Assembly: GCA_964016885.1 (NCBI GenBank)
Contig: OZ024741.1
Location: 111,290,001 to 111,354,000 of the forward strand
Direction of reading: 5' to 3'
DNA: 64,000 bases
DNA from: Eledone cirrhosa
Lineage: Eukaryota
Shown: piece by piece, positions 25,811 through 39,420 of the stretch
Layout: each line of letters begins with the position of its first letter
Numbering within the stretch: position 1 is the first letter of the stretch
Notes under the pieces: model-generated
What the model was told of the DNA's origin: nothing
The model's input: only the letters and a program-made list of their open reading frames with translations
Database searches by the model: none
Made by a program: the position numbers and the translations under genes

Positions 25811-26275
25811 TATTAAAAAGATCAGAGGCCATAAGCAGTTTATTTAGGTATATTTATATCTCCATGATATATATTTCACTGAGGACTACCAATTCCGATA
25901 GCCTGAGTTCTCCAGACGGCATAAAAACCTTTAAAAAAACTTCTTCCAAAACACATCTTTTACAACCTCCTCATAAAATCTTTTTCTTTTCATGATACAG
26001 GGGACAGCAAAATGTGTTAATGTTGTTTCTTTGCCGGCCAGACCCTACTGTATATACAGCAAAAACACAACATCAACACATTCTCCCATTCCTGTATCAA
26101 AAAAGAAAAAAAATTTTCTGAGGAGGTTTGTAACATTTTTTTTCCAGAAATTTTTAAAAGGTTTTTATGTTGTCTAAAACTCAACTTATCGGAATTGGTA
26201 GACCTCAGCGAAATATGTATCATGGAGATATAAATAAACCTAAATCAACAGCTTATGGCCTCCGGTCATTTTAAT
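25811..26275. mobile_element. MITE with TIRs of about 105 bp (related fragment at about 18618-18730)
   Basis: ATTAAAAAGATCAGAGGCCATAAGC... is inverted at ...GCTTATGGCCTCCGGTCATTTTAAT. Confidence 0.75.
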
Positions 26276-26280
26276 TAAAG

Positions 26281-26622
26281 AAGGCACATGGCTTAGTGGT
26301 TAGAGCATTGGGCTTGCAATCGAAAGGCTGTGAGTTCAATTCTCGGACCGGGTGATGTGTTGTTTCCTTGAGCAAGACACTTTATTTCACATTGCTCCAG
26401 TTTACTCAGCTGTGGAAATGAGATGATAGGGACTGGGGTCCATATCATTCCACTGCAAAGTGGTCATGGAGGTGCCACGGCAAAAAAGCACCCAGCACTC
26501 ACTGTAAATGAGGTTGGTGTTAGGAAGGGCATCCAGCTGTAGAAATCAAGCCAGAATCAGTTCCCGTCCCACCCTTGCAAGCAGGGAAAAGCGGACGTAA
26601 AATGATGATGATGATGATGATA
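26281..26622 (+). mobile_element. tRNA-headed CORE-type SINE with RTE-derived tail
   Basis: A box TGGCTTAGTGG, B box GAGTTCAATTC, CORE-like TCCTTGAGCAAGACACTT; the tail matches the RTE-A 3' end and ends in (GAT)n. Confidence 0.85.
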
Positions 26623-28974
26623 ATCCTCCAGCTGGTACCATTTATACAGGTTGTTGAACATTTCATTTTATCTGCATCACAGTCAACTGATCAAAATATG
26701 GTCTACACATGCCTGGTCAGTTAGCTCCATATTATGATAATATATATATATATTTATGTGTGTGTTTATTCCTGAATACAATCTAATACATACCTATACC
26801 TATTGTATAAGAATGTCTCATTTGCACAAGCACAAGTATGCTACACATTTTTGAATCAAAAATATTCTTACCTTTTATTTTCTTTGAAATTTCAAACTGA
26901 TTTTTAAAAAATGATTTTTTAAACCCCCCCCCCCCCCCCATGTATTTAAAAAAAATAATTCATAATTCCAACTTGAACTAAAATAAAAACTAAACAATTC
27001 AACACAAATTCCTATCATTTGTTTACACACATACACAATTATATGTATTCTTTATGTCATATTTTATCCACACATGTGCTGAAACATTTGCTCAATGTTA
27101 TAAGTTCATTTTTTGGCAGCTACAATTTTTTTTATTTCTAAATCTTGTTATTTCTCAAATTCATGAATTTTGCATGACACCATAATTGTTGAATTTCATG
27201 TTAATAAAGACATACGTTTTATTCTATTTTCACAAAGATTATTTAATTACTTGTTTTTACAGGGATAGCCATAGCTGATTAACTCTTAACACCTATATTC
27301 TAAATGAAACTTTATTAGCAAGGCATTCTTGAAAACGACAAAACAGCACTATGGTTGCCTCATATTGATTTATAATATAGGCACAAAGCTAGCAAATTTT
27401 GTAGGAAAGCAAAGTTGATTCAATCAACCCTAATACTTGACTAGTACTTTATTTTATCAACCCTGAAAAGATGAAAGGTAATGTTTTCTTCAGCGAGATT
27501 TTAACTCAGAATGTAAAGAGCCAGAACAAATACTACAATGGCATTTTATCTGATGCTCTACTAATTCTGCCAATCCACCTCCCACATTATGAAAAATAGT
27601 CTTCCCTCAGATATTACACATTTTTACAACAATCTATTCATAAAGATACTATAAACATTTAAATTTTCCACTAAATTATTACAGGACGTTAATTCCCCTC
27701 TAATATAGGTAAAAAAAAGCAACATGCAATTTCCAAGTTAGCTTAGGTTGGAGGGGTTGTTATAGTTCAAGATCAGGTGGGTGGGAGCAACCTCATCTTG
27801 CTTATATGTTCCATATTTGGCATGGTTTCTATGGTTGGAAGCCCTTCCTAACACCAACAACTTCCAAGAGTGTACTGGGTGCATTTATTTTCGTAGCACC
27901 AACAGCAACACTCTAGCATAAAGTTACTGATGCCACGGAAATATGCACCCAGTACACTCTGAAAAGTGGTAGTGGGGGTGCCATGAAAAAAAAACGCATT
28001 TACATTACTCTATATATACTATTACATTTTCATGGTAAAGTCTTTATCTCACGTAATATCTAATCTATGAGATTTTGATATTATTTATTTAGAGAACAAT
28101 ACCTTAACATAAGTATGAATGGTCAGTTACAGCCAGTTTGAACAGAAAGAGGTGAAATAATTTTGGCCAGATGTGGCTGGTTTAAATACTAAAGGGTTAA
28201 GGTGGTTGGCATTAGGAAAGGCACACTCACATTAAATGACATGTTACTTTCAATTGCAGGTTTTAATTTCATTTAGTTTTATATACATACAATCCACAAA
28301 GAAAAAGAACAATAACAATAAAAACTAATTAGATCTTTTACTGCGTTCAGTTATTCTATTGGCTTGTGGTAACAAAGTGGCACTGTCTTCAAGAGTTTTG
28401 TCAATGATATTGATCCCAAGACGTATTTCAATCATCATCATCATTTTAATGTTCACTTTCCCTACTAGCAAGTGTTGGATGGTACTACATAGACCAAGTC
28501 ATTACCGAAGTGGGGTTACTGATCACCCACTCAGACCAAGGAATCTGTATCTTGCTTACATACGGACTTACATTCTATCAAATGCACAGGAAAGGTTATG
28601 TCTTGGACACAAGTGAAGGGTCCTCCCAACCCTTTTAATGTATTACTTATTTTGCCAAACTGTTTGTTTCACATTTATTTATGCAAAATTTTGATGCAGA
28701 TGCAGCAATTTATTAAAATCCAATTGTTTATAATTCTGTATTCATATTGAAAAATCTGACCAGTTTGACTTGCAATTATTTCCCTTTCCCCATTCTCTAG
28801 AGAGATGAAGAGAAGAGAGACAGATGATACTGAATAGAATACGAGAGGAAAAACTGAGAAAAAAGGGAATAGATAGACAAAAAAGGCGAGACACACATCG
28901 TGCGTGTGTGAGTGAGGGGGAAGCATGAAAAAAGAGGAGGTAGACGTAGAAGAAAACAGTTTATTTATATTTGG

Positions 28975-29610
28975 ACTAGATTTGTAATCCCAATTTTCAA
29001 AAAGGGAGACAAGAGAGATTGCTCCAATTACAGAAGGATCTCTTTGTTAATTCTCCCTAGTAAAGTCTATGCTAAGTGTCTGGCAAAGAGATGCAGGGAG
29101 ATCGTCAGGTCCAAGCTAGCCAATAAATAATGTGGTTTTCACCCCAGGTGCAGCACAACCAGTCAAATATTGCGAGAGGTCTTTGAGAAGTATTGCTTCA
29201 TAGACTTCGAAAAGGCACACAACTACATGGGATCTGTCATTGAAGGTTCTGAAGGGGTATGGGATTCATGGACCATTTCTTGTTGTCCTAGTGTTTGTGG
29301 TTGGATAAATGGTGCTAAGTCATAACCATTCAACATGGTGTTGGACTTTTCCAAGGATGTATACTCTGAGAGCAAGGTTGGAAGTGGCATCGAGACTGGC
29401 AGGTGTAGGATCAGTGGGATGGATTTTACAGATATGGTATTACTTAACTCATCAGAAGCAGATTTCCAACATGCACTTGATAGGTTTGATGCTGAATGCT
29501 ACACAGTAGGAATGAAAATCAGTGCTGCAAACACTAAGACACCCATCCTCTCAAGGAAGCCAGTACAGTGCATTCTACATGGAAGTGAAGTTCCACTGAA
29601 CCAGGGAGAG
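28975..29610 (+). mobile_element. Degenerate RTE/Rex3-like RT fragment
   Basis: VIPIFKKGDKRDCSNYRRISLL, CFIDFEKA and GMKISAANTK remnants. Confidence 0.75.
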
Positions 29611-31152
29611 ATGCTGATATTTATGTATATCTATAATGGCTAGAGGAAGAATACGTCTAGGAGAATCCTTCATGATATGTGTGTGTGTGTGTGTCTGTGT
29701 GTGAGTGTGTATGCATATATGTAAATATATATATATCTACTGATATTTATGTATATTGCTAAAATAAAGCGAATATAATATTTATTCCCAAAAGCATTTC
29801 ATTACAAAACACTTATTCAATAAACTTCAAAAGAAAATATACCGTATTCCATTTTATACGTTAAATATTGTCATGGAATACTTGAGCATTGCCAGGTACG
29901 TCTACTAGTATTTTTTCATAATTACAGTTATACGTGTAACCCACCCCAAAATTGTTTTTGTATTTTTATACTTTAATATTGAAGAAACATTCGATAAAAC
30001 CGGATATTACATATATAACTTCAATTGTGACTAAAAAAAAAAAAGAATCAATATTGTAACAAAGAAGTAGGTGTCTGAATTTATGGAGGTTGTACATGGT
30101 TGACTTAATCCAGCTAAGTGTGTCGGTATTTTATTTATTTCTGTTTTCTAATATCATTAACTTTTGCTTATCATTTTTGAAAACGTAATTTCTCAGGGCA
30201 AATATTTAAGAAAAATTATTCTAAAAATCGTTTTTTTTTCTTTTGCCATCCTGTTCTCTGATTCGTAAGACGCAACCAGTCTTTTAAGTGTCATTTTTTT
30301 TACTTAATATGTATGGAATGCTAAATCAACACCTCAATATTCCAGCTACTGCGTAACTACATACCCCCAACTATTTTGTTTCACTACTCCACTAGTGTCA
30401 TTCTATAATCCTGATTAATAACTTCTGAATTGATATTTTCTAGCGGGTAATAATTCGTTTACTAATGATGAATACAGCCGTAAATGTATGAGGGGGCAAA
30501 AACTCCGTAAGAGTGAAAAGTAATGTTTCGACCTCAACACCGGAAATAAAACAGAACGTAACTAAACAAATCCAAGGGAAAAGGTCAGATGCAACTTCAA
30601 TAAACAACTGATTTAATTATTTTGTTTGATTGTTTCGTTTAGGTCATCAAGTGATGCATGTTAGGGTGTTTGGATATTTCAGGGCCTGAGCCTCGCTACC
30701 ACTCGCGCTAATGCTGCGAGTGTGTTGGCTTGCCTAAAAAATGATCAGGTGGGAACTCCAGCGCCCCTTCTGTGGGGTGTGATAGAGTTTGCGATTTTTC
30801 TCCCACGTTATAGAATTGGATTCTCAATCGTGAGGTTGTGATTTCTATTGCTGGACCGGGTGATGCGTTATGTCCTTCAACAAGACACTTTATTTCAGGC
30901 TGCTCTTTCTGCCAGAAGTTGGAACTGGTAGACAATATCAGCAATGGTCTAGTTGGACGAGTTACACCCCAATCGGTAAGCGAAGGAGGTCGATTATAAC
31001 ACATACACGCATATATACACATTGCGTTTATATACTAATACATTCAAGATATTGATTAGAATTTTTATTGTAAATCAATAACTGTTTCTACTTTAGGCAC
31101 AAGGCCAGCAATTATCCAGTGCATTACTGGTAACCTTCTTATATTATATATG

Positions 31153-31440
31153 TGAGGGCGCTTGGCTGTTCCAGCGCATCAGCCTTGCTATCACCCGAGA
31201 TAACGCTGCGAGCATGGTGGCTCGCCTAAAAAATTATTAGAGAGGTTTCCCAGTGCTCCTCGCGATATTGTTATCATTTGCTCTGGCTGCGGCTCGTTTG
31301 TCCACCTCTTTCGCTTACCTTTTGTTGTATGTGGTCCTAGTTGTGTGTATTACCTGCTTGTGTGATTTTTTTCCTTTTCTTTTTTTCTCTTTCTATATGT
31401 AATTTTATGTTGACAATTAGGCCTTAATGAAATCAATAAC
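31153..31440 (+). mobile_element. CRE-clade 3' end fragment (another at about 30681-30790)
   Basis: EGAWLFQRISLAITRDNAAS matches 20129-20215. Confidence 0.7.
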
Positions 31441-31451
31441 CGTCTTAAAAT

Positions 31452-33790
31452 TTTAACAGTTAATATGTGTTATTGTTAGTAGCGCCATGAGTGACCAGTT
31501 CTGTAGAAAGATGTGGTAAGAACATCGGCAACGACTTTGGCTGGTTTTACATTATTTATTAACAAGGTTGAGTTATGTAGAGCTGAGTAGAGCAGGCATG
31601 CCAAGAATAATAAAACAAACGAATTAAGGATTTTAGAAGGCACGGTCCACTGGCTTGAAGTGTTGCCAGGCCGTGGTTAAGTCGTTGTGTTACATGTTGG
31701 CTAGTGATTTCACAACGAAAGAAAGTTAGTTGTTTACCTTTTCACAGTCAGGATGCGAGAGACAGATTTCTCAAATCAAAGCGGGAATCTTTCCTCAGGG
31801 CGCGTAGAGATACATTCTCTTCTACTGGCGCTGATTGGCTGAGCTGAGCCAAATCACGCACAGAGAATGTATGCGAGCCCGCAGAATGTAGATCACTACA
31901 ATACCCCCTCTAGTCGTAAGACGATACAGATTATTGAATCAGCAGGGAAAAATGTTGAAAGAGCACACCAGTGAAAAAATAATTGAGCAGAAGGATGCAT
32001 GCAAGAAAAAAAAATGAGGCGCTAAGAGCCGTGTTGAGTCACTGTGTCAAATGACTAGCTGTTTTGTAGTTTATATGTGACCACGAAGGGTCTAACAGAA
32101 AACGGATAAAGTCTGACATGAGCGAAGTTGCTGTTCTTGCATTAAATGTTAATGGTAAGTGCTGTACCAGTAGCTGTGGGTGAAGCTGTTATGGTAGTTT
32201 ACCAGTGCTGGCAAGAAGATGATGGGTAGGTGAGAAAATGTCGGCCTCCCAGATGTATTGCCGAAAGTGCTAGGCAGCCAGGAAAAAATGGCTGGTTGCT
32301 TTGAAAAGAAAAAAAAGCAAGTTGAATCTGTAGGAGGGTAGTAGTTGAAATGTAAATTCCATAATTCTGGCGAATCCATAGAAATGGTGGAAATGCTGAC
32401 AGGTCCAGTTCCATTTGTTGTTTTCCCAGTGAGTTGGGTAAGGTAACAAGATGCAGGTTGTTATAGACGATGAGTGTGCAATGAGATGCGAAACTGTTTG
32501 AGTTCAGCTGCAATTAGCATTCTCGTGTTGCGGTGCAGGTGAATTAAGCTGCAAAGTGTTGATAGCATGTTTGGTGTCTCTACAAAGTGAGAAGGTATCT
32601 CGCAGAATTTTACGACGTTTGAATATCATACACTAAGAACAACAGCATGTTGGTGTGTGTCAAAGAAATATGTTTGCATATGCAGGCATGTAATACAGCA
32701 AAGAATGTGTGGGTGCAGTCATATATATAATGATAAAGAAAATGATGTAGTCATATATACAATGATAAACATTTTTTTTTTCATATAATGCAGTTCTAAA
32801 AGAATAAATGTCCGGACATTGCCTGTAAGTAGAGAAATAAAGAAATAATTGTTTCTTGAAACAAAGTTCACCTTTTCTTTTCTTTGGCATCGCTCTTACT
32901 AGGAAGCTAGTAGAGTTGTTGTTAAAGCAAAGTCACAGTGAATCTTCTGTAGAATTGAAGTCGAGCGTTGAAGAGCCTAGAGTCACCAATATGCCAGTCA
33001 CATCTGACGCCATAGTGGTGAGAAGACTGATGTCTTAATTTCTCAAGTCCCTGTGGTAACGAGACAGAAGGTATGGTGGTTGCGTCGGTAAAGTTACAAG
33101 GCTGCCACATCGCTATTCCCTGGTGTTGGTTAGTAGTTAACCATGTGTTGTTGCTGCTGCTGATGTATTTGGTAGTGGTGATAGCCATGTGTTGCTGCTG
33201 ATGGCTGGTAGTAGAGAAGTACTTGGTGGTAGCCATTTTGAAATTACCTCGTGGCGAAATTTTTTTTTTAAATACTGCTAATTTTTTTTAATTTTAAAAG
33301 GAATATTTTGTATTTACGATATTCCTCATGTCAGGTCACTAATTTAACCGTTAAGATGTGTTATTATTAGTAGTGCCACGAGTGACCAGTTCTGTAGAAA
33401 GATGTGGTAAGAACATCGGCAACAACTTTGGCTGGTTTTACATTATTTATTAACAAGGTTGAGTTGTGTAGAGCTGAGTAGAGCAGGCATGCCAAGAGTA
33501 ATAAAACAAACGAATTAAGAATTTCAGAAGGCACGGTCCACTGGCTGAAGTGTTGCCAGGCCGTGGTTAAGTTGTTGTGTTACATGTTGGCTAGTGATTT
33601 CACGTCGAAAGAAAGTTAGTTGTTTACCTTTTCACAGTCAGGTTGCGAGAGACAGATTTCTCAAATCAAAGCGGGAATTTTTCCTCAGGGCACGTAGAGA
33701 TACATTCTCTTCTACTGGTGCTGATTGACTGAACTAAGCCAAATCACGCACAGAGAATGTATGCGAGCCCGCGGAATGTAGGTCACTACA
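31452..33790 (-). mobile_element. Non-autonomous Gypsy-type LTR retrotransposon 1
   Basis: LTRs 31452-31900 and 33343-33790 (about 449 bp); 4-bp TSD AAAT; degenerate tRNA-Trp PBS at 33325-33341; PPT AGAGGGGG next to the 3' LTR; gag-like remnant FPPF...SPELW near 32360-32400. Confidence 0.88.
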
Positions 33791-34399
33791 AAATAATTGT
33801 TTAATTACTTTATTAATTATGTTATTTAAATGGAATGCTGCATTTTCCCTCTGTTGCATTATTTAAAGTGAACCAACTAATATCAAAAAGTATTTTGTCT
33901 GGTGTTGTTTCTGCTGCTTCAATACTTTTGGTTTCGTGTGTAATTTCCATGAATGATGAAGTATTTTACAAAGTGAAGTTGCAATGATCCTGTCTATTGA
34001 TCCGAAAAAGGCCACAAAAGCATTCCCGTACACAATGGCCAACAACACCCGGTGCAACAGCCCCCGAATCTTTCCCTGGTTTCTGATTTAAGCTCAAGAC
34101 CAACAATTTTTGGGAAAGAGAAAGTCGAATTAATCGATCCAGTACGTTACTGGTATTTTATTTCATCAACCTCGTAAGGATGAAAGGTAAAGCTAACCTA
34201 GGTGGGATTTGAACTTGGATCGTAAAGGCATGCAACTATATGCTGCAAAGCATGGTGACTCACGCTCTACCAATACTGTCAATCCACATGCGGTCACTAA
34301 ATAAACCACTAAACTCTTGTCACTCTTGTGGAAATATCAAAGGCGGTGGAAAGGGTCGCATGGTGTTATGGTCTGTCGCATAATTTGGCGTGGGGTGAA

Positions 34400-37050
34400 T
34401 CATCATCATCATCATCATCATTTACCGTCCATCTTCCACACTTGCATGGGTTTGGACGGGAATTTTCCCACTTGAGGCAAGATTGGTTGACTTACTCGTA
34501 TAGGACTGTCTGGCGGGTTTTCTATGGCTGGATGCCCTTCCTAAAACCAACCACGTTTACAGTGTGGACTGGGAGGTTTTTACCGTGTTACCTACATGGC
34601 CACATTACAGTGTGGACTGTGTGTTTTTTTTATCGTGACACCTACACGACCTCATTTGTTTCGGCCTGGATGTTGTGGTACCAACATAACTTTACATTGA
34701 AAGGGGTGGCGTGGATGGGTTTGGGGTAGTGGGGCGGGGGTTTATTTTTGTTAGAGGTGCCTACTGACTGTAGGTTTCACTTTGTACTTAGGCAAGGCGG
34801 GTCTTCTGTATTACTGTGTAGCGCGAAAGATCTCGGTCCAGTGACATTGTCTTGGAGAGGTGTAAGTGTGTGAGGTCGGAATTTATCAAGTCGTCCCAGG
34901 TTTTTCTGGGTCTGCCTATTCCGTGGCTACCGTCTATTTTTATTGCCCTGCAATTTTTTATACAGCTGTCGTCTTTCATGTGCATCACGTGACCGTACCA
35001 ACGTAGTCTTCTCTCGAGTAAACAACATCTGATCCCTCTTATTCCTAATTTCTCCCTTAGTTCGTTTATCCTTTGCCGTTCACATATATTACTATTACAC
35101 ATCCAGTGGAGCATGCAAGCTTCGTTCCTCTCCAGTCTGCGTATATCCTCTACACACAATGCCCAAGTCTCACTGCCATGTAACATTGCTGTTCGTATAC
35201 AGGCATAATACAGCTTGCCTTTCATTTTTAGAGAGAACCCTTTAGCGGCCAATAGTGGTATAAGCTCTCTGAACTTTTTCCATCCCGTTCTGACTCTAGC
35301 TACTGTACTTTCAGAGCACCCTCCACCACTGTTGATTTTGTCACCCAGGTAACGGAAGGTGTCCACTATTTCTATAGAACCATCTGTGTATGGAATGAGC
35401 TAGTATTCTGTGGGCACTTGCTGCTACTTATTGCACCTGAGCACCGGCCACATATAAAATCTATATTCTTAGTTAGCTTACCTGTAATCCCACTACATCT
35501 TTTATGCACCCCTACTTTGCATTTTGGACATAAAATGGAGTTTCTGCCTACTCCTTTCCTACACACTGAGCATGGCCATTTCCCAGATGGGACCGGTGCC
35601 CTATTTTCCTTCCTACAAACTACAACTTTAATCTTAGACAGGTTAATTTTAAGGCCTTTTGATTCTAGGCCATGCTTCCATGTTTGGAATTTCTTCTCTA
35701 GTTCAGCCATTGATTCAGCTATGAGCGTTAGATCATCTGCGTATAGGAGTTCCCATGGGCAGCCGGTCTTGAACTCCTCTGTTATAGCCTGAAGGGCAAT
35801 AATAAATATTAGGGGGCTAAGAACGGAACCCTGATGAACACCAACTTTTACGCTAAACTCTTCACTATATTCGTTGTTAATTCTAACCTTGCTGACTGTT
35901 TCTTTATACATGGCTTGAATAGCTCTCACAAGCCATTCATCAACACCTAGTTTTCTAAGAGCCCACCAGATAATGGAGCGGGGGACTCTGTCAAAGGCTT
36001 TCTCCAAGTCAACAAAAGCTAAGTAGAGGGGTTTACTTTTAGCTAGGTACTTCTCCTGTAGTTGTCGTACAATGAAAAGAGCGTCTGTGGTACTTTTACC
36101 TGACACAAACCCGAACTGCATTTCATCTAGATCAATTCGCTCTCTGATTAGTTGTGCTATTACCTTTTCTGTGACCTTCATGACCTGGTCGATTAATTTA
36201 ATGCCTCTATAGTTACCCCTATCTAGGGCATCTCCTTTACCCTTGATGATGCTGCTACGCCAGTCCTTCGGAACGACCCCATTCTGTATGACTTGGCTTA
36301 CTATCCGGGTGACCATAGTGTGTCCCACCATTCCAGATGCTTTCAGCATTTCAGCAACTATTTCCGAAGGCCCAGCCGCTTTACCCATCTTCATATCTTT
36401 GATTGCCTTACTTATTATACTACCTTCAACTTGCACTGCTGGTCCCTCTATTGGGTCGATGTGGTGGAGACTATCTTTCTCCCAATTATTCTCCTCATTT
36501 AGTAGCCTTTCGTAGTGACACTTCCAAGCTACCTTCTTATCAGCGTCAGTGATGGCAAGTACACCATCATCATTCAAGACACACTTCTCCCCGACAATAT
36601 CATGGTTTTCTTTGACACATTGCCTAGCAATCCTGAACACCTCATGTTTTTGGTCCTCGCGTTGTAGAACATGCTTGAAATTTCTGCTTCCCTTCTTGCG
36701 AAGTACACTTGTCTCCTAGCTTCCCTCCTGGCCACTTGATAGTCTTCTCTACTTCCTCCCTCCCACCATACTTTCCAAGCCTGCTTTTTGGCCTTAATTG
36801 ACTCCTCCACCTTACTGTTCCACCACCAAGTTACTCTCCTCCTGCCTATAGGTCTGCTCCAGCCACAGATTTCATCTGTCTCCTTCAACAGATTAGCTTT
36901 CAGGAATTCCCACTGTTCCTCTAATTGCTCTTCCTTACTGTCAAAAACATCAAGTAATATGCTTTTAAATTTATTACTAGCTGTGGGGTCCTTTAGCTTC
37001 CATATTTTTCTCCTGAGGATAGTCCTCCTCTATTGTCGAGTATGCCTGTT
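34400..37050 (-). mobile_element. 5'-truncated RTE LINE (family B) with full RT and PHD finger
   Basis: ORF 35372-36640 has FVDLEKAFD, GVHQGSVLSP, YADD and C4HC3; ORF 34788-35366 is the C-terminus; (GAT)n tail. Confidence 0.95.
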
Positions 37051-37074
37051 GTGAATATTGACTGTTTTTAAAAT

Positions 37075-37343
37075 CAGGGCCAGATTTAATGAAGAGGGGA
37101 AAGGGGCAATTTCCCCAAGCCCCTTTGAAGTGGAGGCCCCAAAAGCGCTTTTTAGTTTTAGGATTGTTAGAATTTTTTTTTATTTAATACTTATATGTAT
37201 AATGTTTCAATTCCAATTACTGGCGCCAAGCTAAACTTGATATATAAAATTGGGGTGGTTTGTTGTGTATTTAATTTTTATTGTATGCCCCCTCCCCCAA
37301 ACCTGAAGTGCCCCGGGCCCTCCAAGGTCTAAATTCAACCCTG
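37075..37343. mobile_element. hAT-type MITE
   Basis: Termini CAGGGCCAGATTTA / TAAATTCAACCCTG; 8-bp TSD TTTAAAAT / GTTAAAAT (7 of 8 match). Confidence 0.75.
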
Positions 37344-37717
37344 GTTAAAATACAAGCTTAGTAATTTTGTTTGTGTTGTCAGAGCATGAAATGTTGAAAC
37401 CTAGGTTCATCAGTTGGCCAAACTGAAAGTTGAATTCATTTTATTTGAGAGAATGGGGTGCATAACTGGGATAAGAGGGTGCACATTGTGGAGTTCACCC
37501 GGGATGATAAATACCCAGGTACACATTGTAGGGCTAGCCACCTAGGCTGCTAAATATATGGTGTTTATACTTGATTGTGTGGATTATCAAGGAATTTTTA
37601 GGGTGGCTGTGTATGGCGTTATATATATATATATATATATATAGTAGAATAATCGAGTATCGAAAAATCGGCGCACGAGTTCACGATAAACAAAATTCGA
37701 AATATATATATATATAT

Positions 37718-38508
37718 CATCATCATCATCATCATCATCAGGTTTAGCGTCCGTGTTCCACGCTTGCATGGGTTTGGACGGGGGTTTTCCCACTTGAGGC
37801 AAGAGTGGTTGTCTTGCTCGCATAGGACTGTCTGGCGGGTTTTCTACAGCTGGATGCCCTTCCTAACACCAACCACATTTACAGTGTGGGGCTGGGAGGT
37901 TTTTACCTTGTTGCCTACACGGCCACATTACAGCGTGGACTGTCTGGCGGGTTTTCTACAGCTGGATGCCCTTCCTAACACCAACCACATTTACAGTGTG
38001 GGGCTGGGAGGTTTTTACCGTGTTGCCTACACGGCCACATTTACAGCGTGGACTGTGTGTTTTTTGTCGTGACACCTACACGATCTCATTTGTTTCGGCC
38101 TGGATGTTGTGGGACCAACATAACTTTACATTGAAAGGGGCGGTGTGGATGGGGTTGAGGTGGTGGGACGGTGGTGTGTTTTGATAGAGATGCCTACTGA
38201 CTGTAGTAGGTTTTTACTTTGTATTTAGGTAAGGCGGGTCTTCTCTATTACTGAGTACCACCAAAGGTCTCGGCCCAGTGACATTGTCTTGGAGAGGTGT
38301 AAGCGTGTGAGGTCGGAATTTATCATGTCGTCCCAGGTTTTTCTGGGTCTGCCTACTCCGTGGCTACCGTCTATCTTTATTGCCCTGCACTTTGTTATAC
38401 AGCTGTCGTCTTTCATGCGCATCACGTGACCGTACCAACATAGCCTTCTCTCGAGTAAACAACATCTGATCCCTCTTATTTCTAATTTTTTCTTTAGTTC
38501 GTTTATGC

Positions 38509-38510
<2 letters not shown>
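37718..38510 (-). mobile_element. RTE LINE (family B) 3' fragment between (TA)n tracts
   Basis: ORF 38225-38572 C-terminus, duplicated 3'UTR module and (GAT)n tail. Confidence 0.88.
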
Positions 38511-38547
<37 letters not shown>

Positions 38548-38602
38548 AGTACCTTACTGTGGTTACACCCAATTGAACTCAGGATACACACACACACAAA
38601 CA

Positions 38603-38652
<50 letters not shown>

Positions 38653-38694
38653 AAGGAGGAAGTTATAATTCACTTGAAGCATTATGTAATGAGG

Positions 38695-38935
38695 TATAAA
38701 CGTTTGTATATGTATAATAAAGCCAAAACAATGCAGGTATGGACATAGAATAAAGAATGCAAATGCAAAAGATATTGTTGACAATTAGTCTTTTACCTTA
38801 GATTTATTTAAAGGACATTTAAATAAATCTAAGGTAAAAGACTAATTGTCAACAATATCTTTTGCATTTGCATTCTTTATTCTATGTCCATACCTGCATT
38901 GTTTTGGCTTTATTATACATATACAAACGTTTATA
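38695..38935. repeat. Perfect palindrome, 118-bp arms with a 5-nt spacer
   Basis: 38695-38812 is the reverse complement of 38818-38935; spacer GGACA. Confidence 0.93.
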
Positions 38936-39384
38936 TATATATATATCCAAAGCTCTGGAAATCACTATGGTTTCGGTGCATTAAGGTCAATACCATCATT
39001 CCAGTGCACATTGGGACATAATAAAACAGGCAGAGACAAGTTATAACTTTAGGCAAATTACATAAATATAGTGTGTGCAAGGGTTTAGCCAAAAGAGAGA
39101 AATAGAAAAACAATAGAATAAGGACTGTAGTCCAATATGACATTGAAGCGTAGAAAAGGTAAGAAGGGAGAACAGAGGAAAACAAACCATGCGGTGTGAT
39201 GTCTATTATATGATAGTTTCAAAGCCCACATGATTAATTCTTTAGAATATAAATTCAAAATAGGGAATGCACAGGACAAAAACAATGGAAAAAAATAGAA
39301 CGAAGGGCAGTCCCATCACCTCAGTCAACCCCTGCAAATCACTATGGTTTGGGTGCATTAAAGTTGATACCATTCATTCCAGTG

Positions 39385-39420
<36 letters not shown>

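Noticed and set aside
27845-27985. Short inverted repeat
   Set aside because: It is explained by two oppositely oriented fragments of the common RTE/SINE module.
30480-30670. Possible promoter or first non-coding exon of gene 2
   Set aside because: It is unique-looking sequence with a CCGGAA motif, but I cannot support an exon or TSS from sequence alone.
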